DNA of 64,000 bases from a virus (IMGVR_UViG_3300027740_000003:320001-384000); one strand, 5' to 3'; counted from the first letter of the stretch, positions 18,378 to 27,148 are shown. Notes: generated by a model not told the origin, from the letters alone. Made by a program: numbers and translations.

Positions 18378-18836
18378 TTAGCTTCCCACAAGTTCCGGAA
18401 ACTTATTCAATAATTCCGCTTTTTCTGCTGCCCCAACTTCTCCAAGCAACAGCGCTCTAAATTCTGTATCCTTTTCCAACCTTACAGACGCATTTTTACA
18501 AAATGCAGATAACTCTCCTTCTGGAGCTGCCAGTCTAACAACAGGCTCGCCCTTATAGAAGATATTCATTGTTTTGCCTCTTGCATCAGGAACCACGTCC
18601 CATGAAGACATAGAGGTCATTTTTGGATTGTCATAATCATATTTGGCAACAATAACATCCCCATCATCCGTGTTCTGAATCTCCCAAAGACCATCAATGT
18701 CCTCAGATGCATCCATAAAACGAACTACGTTGAAAGCTACCTTCTCTAATCTATGCTCTACATCTTTTAGAAGAAATGCTTTTGGTGCCGTTAAATTCTT
18801 TTCTAACTCTGTATAATCAATAGAATATTTATTCAT
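18378..18836 (-). CDS. Hypothetical protein
   Basis: 152 aa, AGGTGA SD. Confidence 0.55.
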   Translation of the reverse strand: MNKYSIDYTELEKNLTAPKAFLLKDVEHRLEKVAFNVVRFMDASEDIDGLWEIQNTDDGDVIVAKYDYDNPKMTSMSSWDVVPDARGKTMNIFYKGEPVVRLAAPEGELSAFCKNASVRLEKDTEFRALLLGEVGAAEKAELLNKFPELVGS

Positions 18837-18942
18837 TAATTCACCTGGTTCTAGCTAGCTATAATTTATATGCCAATTAAGTAGTTATGTATTATCTATA
18901 TCTTTTTCTTCGATTTAATATATGCTCTTTCCTTATTAAGGA

Positions 18943-19452
18943 TTAAAAATCATTAACTTCTCGAAGTTTTTTTAGAATAATTTGAATTTGTTCATCTTCC
19001 TCCGCAGCACGGGATAGCTTTTTTTTTGAACCACCATAGTTAATACGATTACCATTTTTCCCGTCTTTTCCTTTATTTTCATCTTTTCCTTTATTATAAT
19101 CGCAATTACCGTTCATACTTTTAGTTATTGAACTCTGGTTAACAGATAACAATTTTGCAATCTCAGTCTGGGTTAGTTTCTGACAATAAAGAGTAATTAC
19201 TTCTTTTTGCCTGCTTGTTAATTTTGTATCAACAAGTCTCCAGAAAGCTAGTCTTAATTCCTCTTTCAGTTCCTCCTCTTCTTCATTATAAGCAAATGGA
19301 TTAAGCATAGAGGCCATACCATCATCTTCCATTGCCCTAGTAATCACTTCAGGCGAAACACTAATTTCCAGCAAATTGCTTTGGTAATGATCTGATCTAT
19401 TTTTTGTTCTATCTATGTGTTGTGGGAAATCTGCTCTGAATTTTTTTTCCAT
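18943..19452 (-). CDS. Sigma-70 region 4-like HTH protein
   Basis: LTSRQKEVITLY...LTQTEIAKLLSVNQSSIT matches the sigma4/LuxR-type HTH; no clear region 2. Confidence 0.7.
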   Translation of the reverse strand: MEKKFRADFPQHIDRTKNRSDHYQSNLLEISVSPEVITRAMEDDGMASMLNPFAYNEEEEELKEELRLAFWRLVDTKLTSRQKEVITLYCQKLTQTEIAKLLSVNQSSITKSMNGNCDYNKGKDENKGKDGKNGNRINYGGSKKKLSRAAEEDEQIQIILKKLREVNDF

Positions 19453-20246
19453 AAACTCTCCCGAAATAAGTTGTGTTCCTTATCCTTGCAAAGATATATA
19501 TCCACATCTTTGTATTCTTGTGGCAAAGAAATAGTTTTTATCTCAGCCTTGTCTACAAATCGTTTTATTATTTTACTGCTACTGTTCTGTCCAGCAAAAT
19601 CATTATCTAATAACAAGTATATATTATTCGTATATCTTTTCAATAAATATAAATGATATTTTGTAAAAGCAGATCCTCCCAAAGCAACAACGTTCCTATA
19701 TCCAAATCTATGGCAAGAAATGCAGTCAAATTGCCCTTCAACAATAATTACATAATCTTCCTCCAATATATATTTCTTTGCTTCATATAATCCAAATAAA
19801 TTAATTCCTTTAATTATAGAAGTGTTTTTATATTTAGATATTTTTAATTCCTTCATTTCTTTGTCTGGCAAAAAAGTTCTGCCTACGAGCCCAATAATAT
19901 TACCATAAACATCTTTATAAGGCATAATAAGATTATGATTTTTCAATTTGCCACAATATACCATTTCAGGTTGGCCAGAATCATAAACGCATTTTTTGTA
20001 TATTACACCAAGTTTTTCTAATTCTTCTGGTTTAATATAATAGAATAATTCGTTTAATTGATCATTGGTAGGAAAGTATCCAAATTGAAAACCTTGGATA
20101 AAAAAAGAGGGAACGCGAGATTTTAGGTAATCCCGGGTTCCCTTAGCAATATCAGAGTGTTGGAGAATAGTATAGCAAGCAGACATCAATTCTGCAAATT
20201 TTTCTGAATTTTGCAGATTAAGTTTATATAAGTCTCGAATATCCAT
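19413..20246 (-). CDS. dnaG: DnaG-type primase catalytic core (TOPRIM), lacking zinc-binding domain
   Basis: MPYKD..GNIIGLVGR, KYKNT, LFGL..AK, IIVEGQFD, VVALGGSA, LLLDNDFAG, KDVD. Confidence 0.9.
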   Translation of the reverse strand: MDIRDLYKLNLQNSEKFAELMSACYTILQHSDIAKGTRDYLKSRVPSFFIQGFQFGYFPTNDQLNELFYYIKPEELEKLGVIYKKCVYDSGQPEMVYCGKLKNHNLIMPYKDVYGNIIGLVGRTFLPDKEMKELKISKYKNTSIIKGINLFGLYEAKKYILEEDYVIIVEGQFDCISCHRFGYRNVVALGGSAFTKYHLYLLKRYTNNIYLLLDNDFAGQNSSSKIIKRFVDKAEIKTISLPQEYKDVDIYLCKDKEHNLFRESLWKKNSEQISHNT

Positions 20247-20484
20247 TGATTCCGCTTTCTATATGCCAACCTCCTTCTGGGCACGCATCTCGAAATTTAA
20301 AAACAACCAACTTGTTATTCTGATCGTGGCCGGCAGCAATTTCTTTAGAGATCCGATGTAGGCCACAAGAACAGTGGTTCACCTCGTAATTGACTCCTTT
20401 ATGTTTTCCACCACAATGATGCACTTCATGTTTCCCATTAATATGATGAATATGATGGAAAAACCATAATATATCCGTGTTCAT
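20224..20484 (-). CDS. Small His/Cys-rich protein
   Basis: 86 aa with HHIHHINGKHEVHHC...HCSCGLH. Confidence 0.55.
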   Translation of the reverse strand: MNTDILWFFHHIHHINGKHEVHHCGGKHKGVNYEVNHCSCGLHRISKEIAAGHDQNNKLVVFKFRDACPEGGWHIESGINGYSRLI

Positions 20485-20505
20485 ATTTAAATCTATAACT
20501 CTTGA

Positions 20506-21102
20506 TTATTCAATGATATCCTTTATCATCATATTGTCTAGTATCTCTTGTTCAAATTCTTTCCAATCAGGACATAATGCTATTACGGCTATATTATATC
20601 CAGATTGTTCTATTGCAGTTTTTTGAAGTTCTTTTGAAGGGTTCTTTATAAATTGAACAGAATTTCCGTTCTGTTTAACTGCTTCTAATTGTACTTCTTC
20701 GGGAGGATTCTTTATAAATCGAATAGAATTTCCATTTTGTTTAACCGCTAATAATTGCATTTCCTTTGAAGGGTTCTTTATAAGTTGAATAGAATATCCA
20801 TATTGTTTAACTGCTTCTAATTTTATTTCTTTAGAAGGGTTCTTTATATATTGAATAGAATTTCCATTTTGTCTAACTGCTTCTAATTTAGCTTCTTCTG
20901 AAGGATTCTTTATATATTGAATAGAATATGCATTTCGTTTAACCGTTAATAATTGCATTTCCTTTGAAGGATTTTTTATATATTGAATAAAATATACGTT
21001 TTGTTTAATTGCCTTTAAACAACCTGCTTCATTTTCAGGATCAAAACCAATAACTTTTATAATTTCCTTTTTAAGATCCATTTTACTCTTTACTTCCGCC
21101 AA
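20506..21102 (-). CDS. 22-aa tandem-repeat protein (DUF4116-like) with IKDIIE tail
   Basis: Repeats IQYIKNPSxExxLEAVxQNG; ends DNMMIKDIIE. Confidence 0.75.
   Translation of the reverse strand: MAEVKSKMDLKKEIIKVIGFDPENEAGCLKAIKQNVYFIQYIKNPSKEMQLLTVKRNAYSIQYIKNPSEEAKLEAVRQNGNSIQYIKNPSKEIKLEAVKQYGYSIQLIKNPSKEMQLLAVKQNGNSIRFIKNPPEEVQLEAVKQNGNSVQFIKNPSKELQKTAIEQSGYNIAVIALCPDWKEFEQEILDNMMIKDIIE
20799..20930. repeat. 132-bp exact direct repeat, copy 1 (copy 2 at 21747-21878)
   Basis: Identical stretch catattgtttaactgc...gaatagaatatg compared by eye in both repeat-protein genes. Confidence 0.8.
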
Positions 21103-21421
21103 GGTTCAGTCTTAGCATTTGAGCAATGGGAGGAGGAAGATGCGTCATCTCCACGCCACAAGGGCACATGATAGCTCCATTCCTTGCTATAGACGGTTTC
21201 ACGGTCTGCCCACACCGTTGGCACTGCACAGTGAAAGCTTTGTTTACAGGCCTGTTATGAGCCGTTTGGCCCATTGATTTCATCGACACCTTCATGAAAT
21301 GAGTGACGCCTTTTATTACCTTGCCACATGAGCCACAAATTACCTCATTAGTTGCTGTATTTAAAAGGTGTTCCCCCGATTCAAAGCAACCCTTGTTATC
21401 ACACGTTATTAAGATTCCCAT
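21083..21421 (-). CDS. Double zinc-ribbon protein
   Basis: CDNKGC, CGSC, CQRC, CPC; AGGAG SD. Confidence 0.65.
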   Translation of the reverse strand: MGILITCDNKGCFESGEHLLNTATNEVICGSCGKVIKGVTHFMKVSMKSMGQTAHNRPVNKAFTVQCQRCGQTVKPSIARNGAIMCPCGVEMTHLPPPIAQMLRLNLGGSKE

Positions 21422-21453
21422 GTTTTTCTCCTACATAATATATATCAGAAATT

Positions 21454-22041
21454 TTATTCGATTATATCCTTTATTATCATGTTGTCTAAAATTTCTTCAG
21501 CAAATTCTTCCCAATCTGGACATAACATTATTATTTTAATATCATATTTAGATTGTTCTATTGCTAATTTTTGAACTTCTTTAGAAGAATTCCTTATAAA
21601 TCTAATAGAATTTCCGTTCTGTTTAACTGCTTCTAATTGTACTTCTTCGGGAGGGTTCTTTATAAAAAAAACAGAATCTCCTCTTTGTCTAACAGCTGCT
21701 AATTGTACTTCTTTAGAAGGATTTTTTATATATTGAATAGAAAGCGCATATTGTTTAACTGCTTCTAATTTTATTTCTTTAGAAGGGTTCTTTATATATT
21801 GAATAGAATTTCCATTTTGTCTAACTGCTTCTAATTTAGCTTCTTCTGAAGGATTCTTTATATATTGAATAGAATATGTATTTCGTTTAACCGCTTCTAA
21901 TTGCATTTCCTTTGAAAGATTTTTTATATATTGAACACAATTACCATTTCGATTAATAGCTTCAAAACAAGATAATTCATTATCAGGATCAAATCCTATA
22001 ATTTTTATATACAATTTTTTCAATTTATCTTTAGCTAACAT
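21454..22041 (-). CDS. 22-aa tandem-repeat protein (paralog of 20506-21102) with IKDIIE tail
   Basis: Same repeat unit; ends DNMIIKDIIE. Confidence 0.75.
   Translation of the reverse strand: MLAKDKLKKLYIKIIGFDPDNELSCFEAINRNGNCVQYIKNLSKEMQLEAVKRNTYSIQYIKNPSEEAKLEAVRQNGNSIQYIKNPSKEIKLEAVKQYALSIQYIKNPSKEVQLAAVRQRGDSVFFIKNPPEEVQLEAVKQNGNSIRFIRNSSKEVQKLAIEQSKYDIKIIMLCPDWEEFAEEILDNMIIKDIIE
21747..21878. repeat. 132-bp exact direct repeat, copy 2
   Basis: Matches 20799-20930. Confidence 0.8.
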
Positions 22042-23011
22042 TGTTTTCTTTTTCTAATAGTTCAATCAATTTAGAACAATCATCTGGATAATTTACATTT
22101 ATATTAAATATATGGCTGTTTTGATTGCCAGGCCCATATCCTTTCATTCCCATTTTTGTTCCATTTTTAGTCCCGGGATGAATCTTTAAAACTCTCTCTC
22201 CTTTAATTGTTTTTACCTTAACAGACTTTCCTTTTAAAGCTTCCAACAAAGAAATACTAATATTGGTCTCAATATTTTCCCCATCATCATCTAATCGCAT
22301 ATCCGGATCTTCCTCGACATGAACCAATACCTTTAAAGGACCATAATGATCTTGGTATCTTCCATTAATAAATCCCTGTGATGATCCTAGATAATTTCCT
22401 GCGCCATCAGCTGCAACAACAAACTTGTCTCGTAATGGGAAAGGAAGTTCAAAATCAATTGATACAGATTGTTTAACAGACCCGCCTCCATTACATTTAT
22501 CACAATCTATATTTTCTTTACCAGATCCTCCGCAGAAATTGCATACAATCATTTGTTGCATATTTCCTCTTTGGAATATTTTTCCTCCTTTACCATCACA
22601 ATGTGTACATTTGTTATTTCCTTTATGGTTTCCTTGCCCATTACAAGCGCTGCACTTTACATATTTATCATATGACACAGATCTCTTTGCCCCAACCATT
22701 GCTTCTATAAAAGTAAGACTAACTTCAACAACAGGATCTGGATATCTCTTTGGCCCACGGCTTTGATGAAACGAAGATATATTAATAAAATCTGCTATAT
22801 CTACCGGAAATCCGCCAAAATTACGTTCTGGTCTAGGATTTTCTAGAGTGGTTTTGGCTTCATTTATTTTTTTAAACTTCGCTTCTGCATCTGGAGATTT
22901 GTTTTTATCCGGATGCCATTCTTTTGCAAGTCTACGAAATGCTTGATTAATATCCTCCTTGCTTGCGCCGGGGGAAATACCAAGTTCTGAATATGCTTCT
23001 TCTGGTGTCAT
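22031..23011 (-). CDS. dnaJ: DnaJ chaperone
   Basis: J domain with HPD, four CxxCxGxG repeats, C-terminal substrate-binding domain. Confidence 0.93.
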   Translation of the reverse strand: MTPEEAYSELGISPGASKEDINQAFRRLAKEWHPDKNKSPDAEAKFKKINEAKTTLENPRPERNFGGFPVDIADFINISSFHQSRGPKRYPDPVVEVSLTFIEAMVGAKRSVSYDKYVKCSACNGQGNHKGNNKCTHCDGKGGKIFQRGNMQQMIVCNFCGGSGKENIDCDKCNGGGSVKQSVSIDFELPFPLRDKFVVAADGAGNYLGSSQGFINGRYQDHYGPLKVLVHVEEDPDMRLDDDGENIETNISISLLEALKGKSVKVKTIKGERVLKIHPGTKNGTKMGMKGYGPGNQNSHIFNINVNYPDDCSKLIELLEKENNVS

Positions 23012-23012
23012 A

Positions 23013-23679
23013 TTACCAATTGCCCTTCATCCAATTCTTTAAACTCCATATTTTTCCAGTTTTATGATCTACTACATTATCATCTTTTTCTCGATATGTT
23101 CTAACTTTATCTCCACGCATTCCAGAACCAACTTGGTTCTTCCTATTAGCGTTTCTATTATTAACTAATTCTTCTTTTTTTATAGCTTCTATTTTTTGAG
23201 ACAAAATAGCCAATGCTAATCTTTTACTCTGATATTGAGACTTTTCGTCTATTTTAACAGATATGCCTGTTGGAATATGTGTAGCAACAATACAACTATT
23301 TGTTGTATTTCTGTGTTGACCTCCAGGACCAGAACCTCGCTGATCTCTAATATCTATTTGGGACATATCAAGATTATTGATATTAAACTCTAATGGTTCC
23401 AAAACAGCCACAGTTATTGTTGATGTGTGAATTCTTCCTTTTTTATCTGTTGGAGAGCTTCTTTGGAACCTATGCCCTCCTGATTCATTTTTAAATATTT
23501 CTTTTACATTATTGCCAGAAAACAAAACAGATATAAAACCAGATTTTTTATCTAATAAAGAATAGTCAAAGACGCTCCCGCACTGCAACTTTCACATATA
23601 CTCCAAGCATATCTTCAACTAAGAGTTTTGCATCATCTCCGCCTTCTGCTGCTTTTATTTCTATTACTATCGATTGCAT
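23013..23679 (-). CDS. Class I peptide chain release factor lacking domain 1, expressed through a +1 programmed frameshift (about 221 aa)
   Basis: ATG 23679 with AGGAG SD gives MQSIVIEIKAAEGGDDAKLL...RERL-stop (37 aa, RF-like EIRAGTGGDEA motif); +1 frame continues DYSLL...ESGGHRFQRSSPTDKKGRIHTST...GPGGQHRN...KVRTY. Confidence 0.88.
23565..23580 (-). promoter_or_regulatory. prfB-type +1 ribosomal frameshift site (internal SD, CTT TGA C)
   Basis: Minus strand CGG GAG CGT CTT TGA C; same layout as AGG GGG TAT CTT TGA C of E. coli prfB. Confidence 0.85.
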
Positions 23680-23693
23680 ATTGGTCTCCTACC

Positions 23694-23909
23694 TTATTCT
23701 ATTATATCCTTTATCATCAGATCAATTTCAGACAATTTTTCAAAACAACCATCGTTAACCAATACGCGAAAATATTCAATATCTCTTAGATGTCTAACAT
23801 AATTAAATTCTCTAAATTTATATTCAAACTCATAAAATCTACCAAAATTTGTTAGTTTATACAATATACCTTGATGAAAAGGTATGAAAAAACATATTAT
23901 TAACATCAC
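23694..23909 (-). CDS. Small protein with IKDIIE tail
   Basis: Ends EKLSEIDLMIKDIIE. Confidence 0.6.
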   Translation of the reverse strand: MMLIICFFIPFHQGILYKLTNFGRFYEFEYKFREFNYVRHLRDIEYFRVLVNDGCFEKLSEIDLMIKDIIE

Positions 23910-23945
23910 AACAACACTTTTGTTTGCATAAATAATATTCTGGCT

Positions 23946-24248
23946 TCACTCAATAATATCCTTTATCATCAAGTTATCTAATATCTCTTGTTCAAATTCT
24001 TCATCAAAATTTTGCCAATCTGGGCACATAAAAACAACCCAACAATCATATTTACTTTCTCTAATTAATGATTTTTGAAAATTAATTGACGGATTTTTAA
24101 TTCCCATACCCCTACCACCTATATATGTGCTAGTAATAGAAATTCCATAAACATTTTTCTTTTTTAAACGATCTTCATAAGTAGATTCTGCCCAAGTCTT
24201 ACATAATTTGTTTTTTACCACTTGTTTTAGTTTTTCTGACATTTCCAA
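23946..24248 (-). CDS. Small protein with IKDIIE tail, related to the repeat proteins
   Basis: Ends CPDWQNFDEEFEQEILDNLMIKDIIE; contains IKNPS. Confidence 0.65.
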   Translation of the reverse strand: MEMSEKLKQVVKNKLCKTWAESTYEDRLKKKNVYGISITSTYIGGRGMGIKNPSINFQKSLIRESKYDCWVVFMCPDWQNFDEEFEQEILDNLMIKDIIE

Positions 24249-24777
24249 TATCCAATGCGGCTTGAGCTAACGCAACGGCTATAGAATCAGCCATATCATA
24301 ATTCTCATCAGCCGGCTTTCCTTTTTTATTCAATTTCCAAGGAAAATCTGTTTTTAAAATCGCTGCCACTACTAAAGGTACATCTTCTTTTGCCAGCTTA
24401 CCAGAATAGTCTTTTGGTCGAAGTATGCTTCTTGCGGTGTTTACGTTAACCATCACCGGTGGCTTTTGCAAGGCCTCGTACACCGTTAGGCCCACCATCC
24501 TATTATAAGTTGCCAATTTTATTATCGTTTTAGATGTACTCCTCCCAGGTGCAAAAAATTCAGCAATCTCTTCAATCGCCACTACATCAGGATTCCATTC
24601 TTTTAATAATTCAATAATATATTTTTTTGTTTTAGATAAGCTTTCAAATAAATCACATTTCTTATCTGGTTTATAATATTTGCAATCTTTTAATTCAAAT
24701 AAACCGTTGTCAGATTGAATTAATGATAAGCCAATTGTTGTACTAGAACAGTCTATGCCTAAATAAAGTTTCGCCAT
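24199..24777 (-). CDS. RuvC-like Holliday junction resolvase
   Basis: Likely start MAKLYLGIDCSSTTIG; PDVVAIEE; DMADSIAVA. Confidence 0.8.
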   Translation of the reverse strand: MAKLYLGIDCSSTTIGLSLIQSDNGLFELKDCKYYKPDKKCDLFESLSKTKKYIIELLKEWNPDVVAIEEIAEFFAPGRSTSKTIIKLATYNRMVGLTVYEALQKPPVMVNVNTARSILRPKDYSGKLAKEDVPLVVAAILKTDFPWKLNKKGKPADENYDMADSIAVALAQAALDIGNVRKTKTSGKKQIM

Positions 24778-24872
24778 ATACATATATATAACATATGTAG
24801 TTCCGTGTTGATTAATAACAACAAGGGAGAACATAATTATGCTCTCCCTCATTATCATTTGTTCAATTTTAT

Positions 24873-25547
24873 TTACTTAGCATCAGACCCATCAACTGAA
24901 GGAAAATCAGTATCTTCCTCTTCAGTCGTTTTGCTTGTTCCAGCTGCTTCAGGAGCATTACTCTCAGCCTGTGCCTTCGTATCTACTGCCTTCATTCTTT
25001 CCTCCACCTGCTCCGCAGTAGGGGGCGTACAACGCCTCTTAAGATCATCCAAATCAACCTGTTGCTTGAGTTCCAAGTCTCCTGCTGTCAGGGCCTTCTT
25101 AGGCTTTGGAATAATTGTATAGTAATTAGCCGGAACGGCCTGTTTATCAACCTTGATGTTGATATCATACTGACTTGGATCTCCCCAATCCTCCTCCCTA
25201 ACTAATTCTTGAATTCCACGAAAAGCACCAGGAGAAAGATCTAGAATCTTGAAAGCTTGTGTTTTTCGATCAATTATTCCAACTAACCAACGTTTCTGAG
25301 ACTTGAAACCTTTATCCTTTAAAGGATCTCTATCAGATCCTAGCGGTGCCAGGATCCTTACTCCGTATCCCGGATCGTCTTTATTTGTCTTGTACTTATA
25401 GACGGTGAATTCATGAGGCTTCGTAATAATACGAATCACGTTATCACCATTTCCCAACTTCATATACAAGTCTGTGCGGCCTGCATTTTGATTTGGTCTC
25501 TTAAGCTCTACTTCATCCCAATTTGTTAAACCGTATTGTACAGTCAT
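24873..25547 (-). CDS. Single-stranded DNA-binding protein (gp32-like)
   Basis: GDNVIRII, WGDPSQYDINI, YYTIIP; acidic C-tail; located next to recA and the resolvase. Confidence 0.7.
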   Translation of the reverse strand: MTVQYGLTNWDEVELKRPNQNAGRTDLYMKLGNGDNVIRIITKPHEFTVYKYKTNKDDPGYGVRILAPLGSDRDPLKDKGFKSQKRWLVGIIDRKTQAFKILDLSPGAFRGIQELVREEDWGDPSQYDINIKVDKQAVPANYYTIIPKPKKALTAGDLELKQQVDLDDLKRRCTPPTAEQVEERMKAVDTKAQAESNAPEAAGTSKTTEEEDTDFPSVDGSDAK

Positions 25548-25549
25548 TG

Positions 25550-25918
25550 TTAACTCCTATTTTTATGCTTGTATGTTATATTTTCGATGCTAACTATTTT
25601 TGTCCAGGGAACCCTCATGTTAACTACCTTAACGGATCCCTTTTCGACATAATTAACAACATCCTCAAACGAATTAATAGCATTTATTTGAGTCTTGCCT
25701 GCTTTGAATCCAAAAAAATCACATAGTATTGAATTTTCTTCTCTTACTTGTTTTAAAAGTAAGTAAGTTGCAACACCTGTTTTTTCTGATGGATCCTCCA
25801 CACGAAGTGTATATACTGGTCCACTGACCACTTCTTTCATTCTTGCATTAGCAAGAGCTAATGCAGTTGCTTCTTGAGGTTTTTCCTCTATCACCTCTTT
25901 GTTCTTTATCAATTTCAT
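25550..25918 (-). CDS. Hypothetical protein
   Basis: 122 aa co-oriented, GGGAAG SD. Confidence 0.55.
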   Translation of the reverse strand: MKLIKNKEVIEEKPQEATALALANARMKEVVSGPVYTLRVEDPSEKTGVATYLLLKQVREENSILCDFFGFKAGKTQINAINSFEDVVNYVEKGSVKVVNMRVPWTKIVSIENITYKHKNRS

Positions 25919-25981
25919 CTTTCTTCCCTTCTAAAATAGCCGCCCAATTCTGATTGTTGAAAACTCACCTCCGATTATGAA

Positions 25982-27148
25982 TTAGGCGGGTTGATCTTCT
26001 TCCTCATCTAATTTGCCAATAACAGCGGCTTGTTCTTCCTTCTTCTTAGCTCTTTCTGTCTCTCTTGCTTTATCTATATCGGTAATTAGAGAGTCTGCTA
26101 ATTTTTTATCTTCTTTAATTGCGTCTAGAGTTTTCGGTTTACCTGTCCATTTTAATTCGCCATACTCATAAGTTTTCTCTGTAGGCTTCTTTAGAATGTT
26201 GTACTTGCAAGCAAGCTCGAAAATTTCTTCCTCAATATTAACAATTCCAACCCGGAAATCTACAGTAAATTCACACTTGCGGGGCCAAGGACCAAATTTA
26301 GACTTCTCCACCGTTGCTAGAATTACTCCGCCAATCTTTTCCTCATTTTCATCAAACAACGTTTTGTCCTTTGATTTAGACATTTTGAAATACACATTGC
26401 AGCTCAATGTGTGGTTCAACGTATTTCCGCCTGAAAATGTATGATCTGCTCCATACGGATCCATACTGTCTTTTTTATGGTTAATTATAATAAATGGAAT
26501 ATCAGCCCTATTAACTTCAAGAACTAATCTTTTAAGCTCTTTTGTCAAGAATCTGGCCATAAGACCAAAATTCATCTTGCCAACGGGAGCTGTATCTTCT
26601 CCAGGTGGAATAAGTTGTCCAAGAGAATCTAGAACAATTAAGTTAAAATTAAGTTCACCGCTAGCAATTTTATCTAACAGACCTTCTGTTTTCTTTCCTT
26701 TATACGCATGTGTTTTTGCATCTTCTTTTGGTTCTCCCAAAAGCATTGTAAAACAGCGTCTGCCATTAGCAGCTTGTTCACCATCAACAATAACAACTTT
26801 TCTTGGGTCTATTCCTAGCTGAATTGCCCAGTCTTGCGAATATGTTTGTTCAGCATCTATGAATATTTGCCTTGCTTTAGGATCTTCTTTTTGTGCCTGT
26901 TTTATCGCAAGCATAGACAAAAGAGTTTTGCCACAGCCACTTTCGCCATAATATTGAATAACTCTTCCCTTAGGAAGACCCCCGGATGATAAGGCATCAT
27001 CAAGTGCTAACGATCCCGTTCTTATCACTGGTAATTTGTCATATAATATTGCGTCTGAAAAATGGAAATTTATCTCTCCATCTATCTCTGCGAATCCTTG
27101 AAAAAATGCAGAAACTTTATCATTTATATTGTTTTTCTTTGTTGCCAT
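25982..27148 (-). CDS. recA: RecA/UvsX recombinase
   Basis: TGSLALDDAL..GGLPKGR, Walker A GESGCGKT, FIDAE, IVLDS, GGNTL, KSKFGP. Confidence 0.95.
   Translation of the reverse strand: MATKKNNINDKVSAFFQGFAEIDGEINFHFSDAILYDKLPVIRTGSLALDDALSSGGLPKGRVIQYYGESGCGKTLLSMLAIKQAQKEDPKARQIFIDAEQTYSQDWAIQLGIDPRKVVIVDGEQAANGRRCFTMLLGEPKEDAKTHAYKGKKTEGLLDKIASGELNFNLIVLDSLGQLIPPGEDTAPVGKMNFGLMARFLTKELKRLVLEVNRADIPFIIINHKKDSMDPYGADHTFSGGNTLNHTLSCNVYFKMSKSKDKTLFDENEEKIGGVILATVEKSKFGPWPRKCEFTVDFRVGIVNIEEEIFELACKYNILKKPTEKTYEYGELKWTGKPKTLDAIKEDKKLADSLITDIDKARETERAKKKEEQAAVIGKLDEEEDQPA

Noticed and set aside
20506-22041. CRISPR array or DGR in the 66-bp repeats
   Set aside because: Repeats are in-frame coding units without unique spacers; no cas genes or reverse transcriptase in the window, and the shared block is identical rather than A-mutated
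23694-23720. IKDIIE DNA as an integron attC or recombination site
   Set aside because: No inverted-repeat structure, synonymous variation at third positions, and no integrase seen
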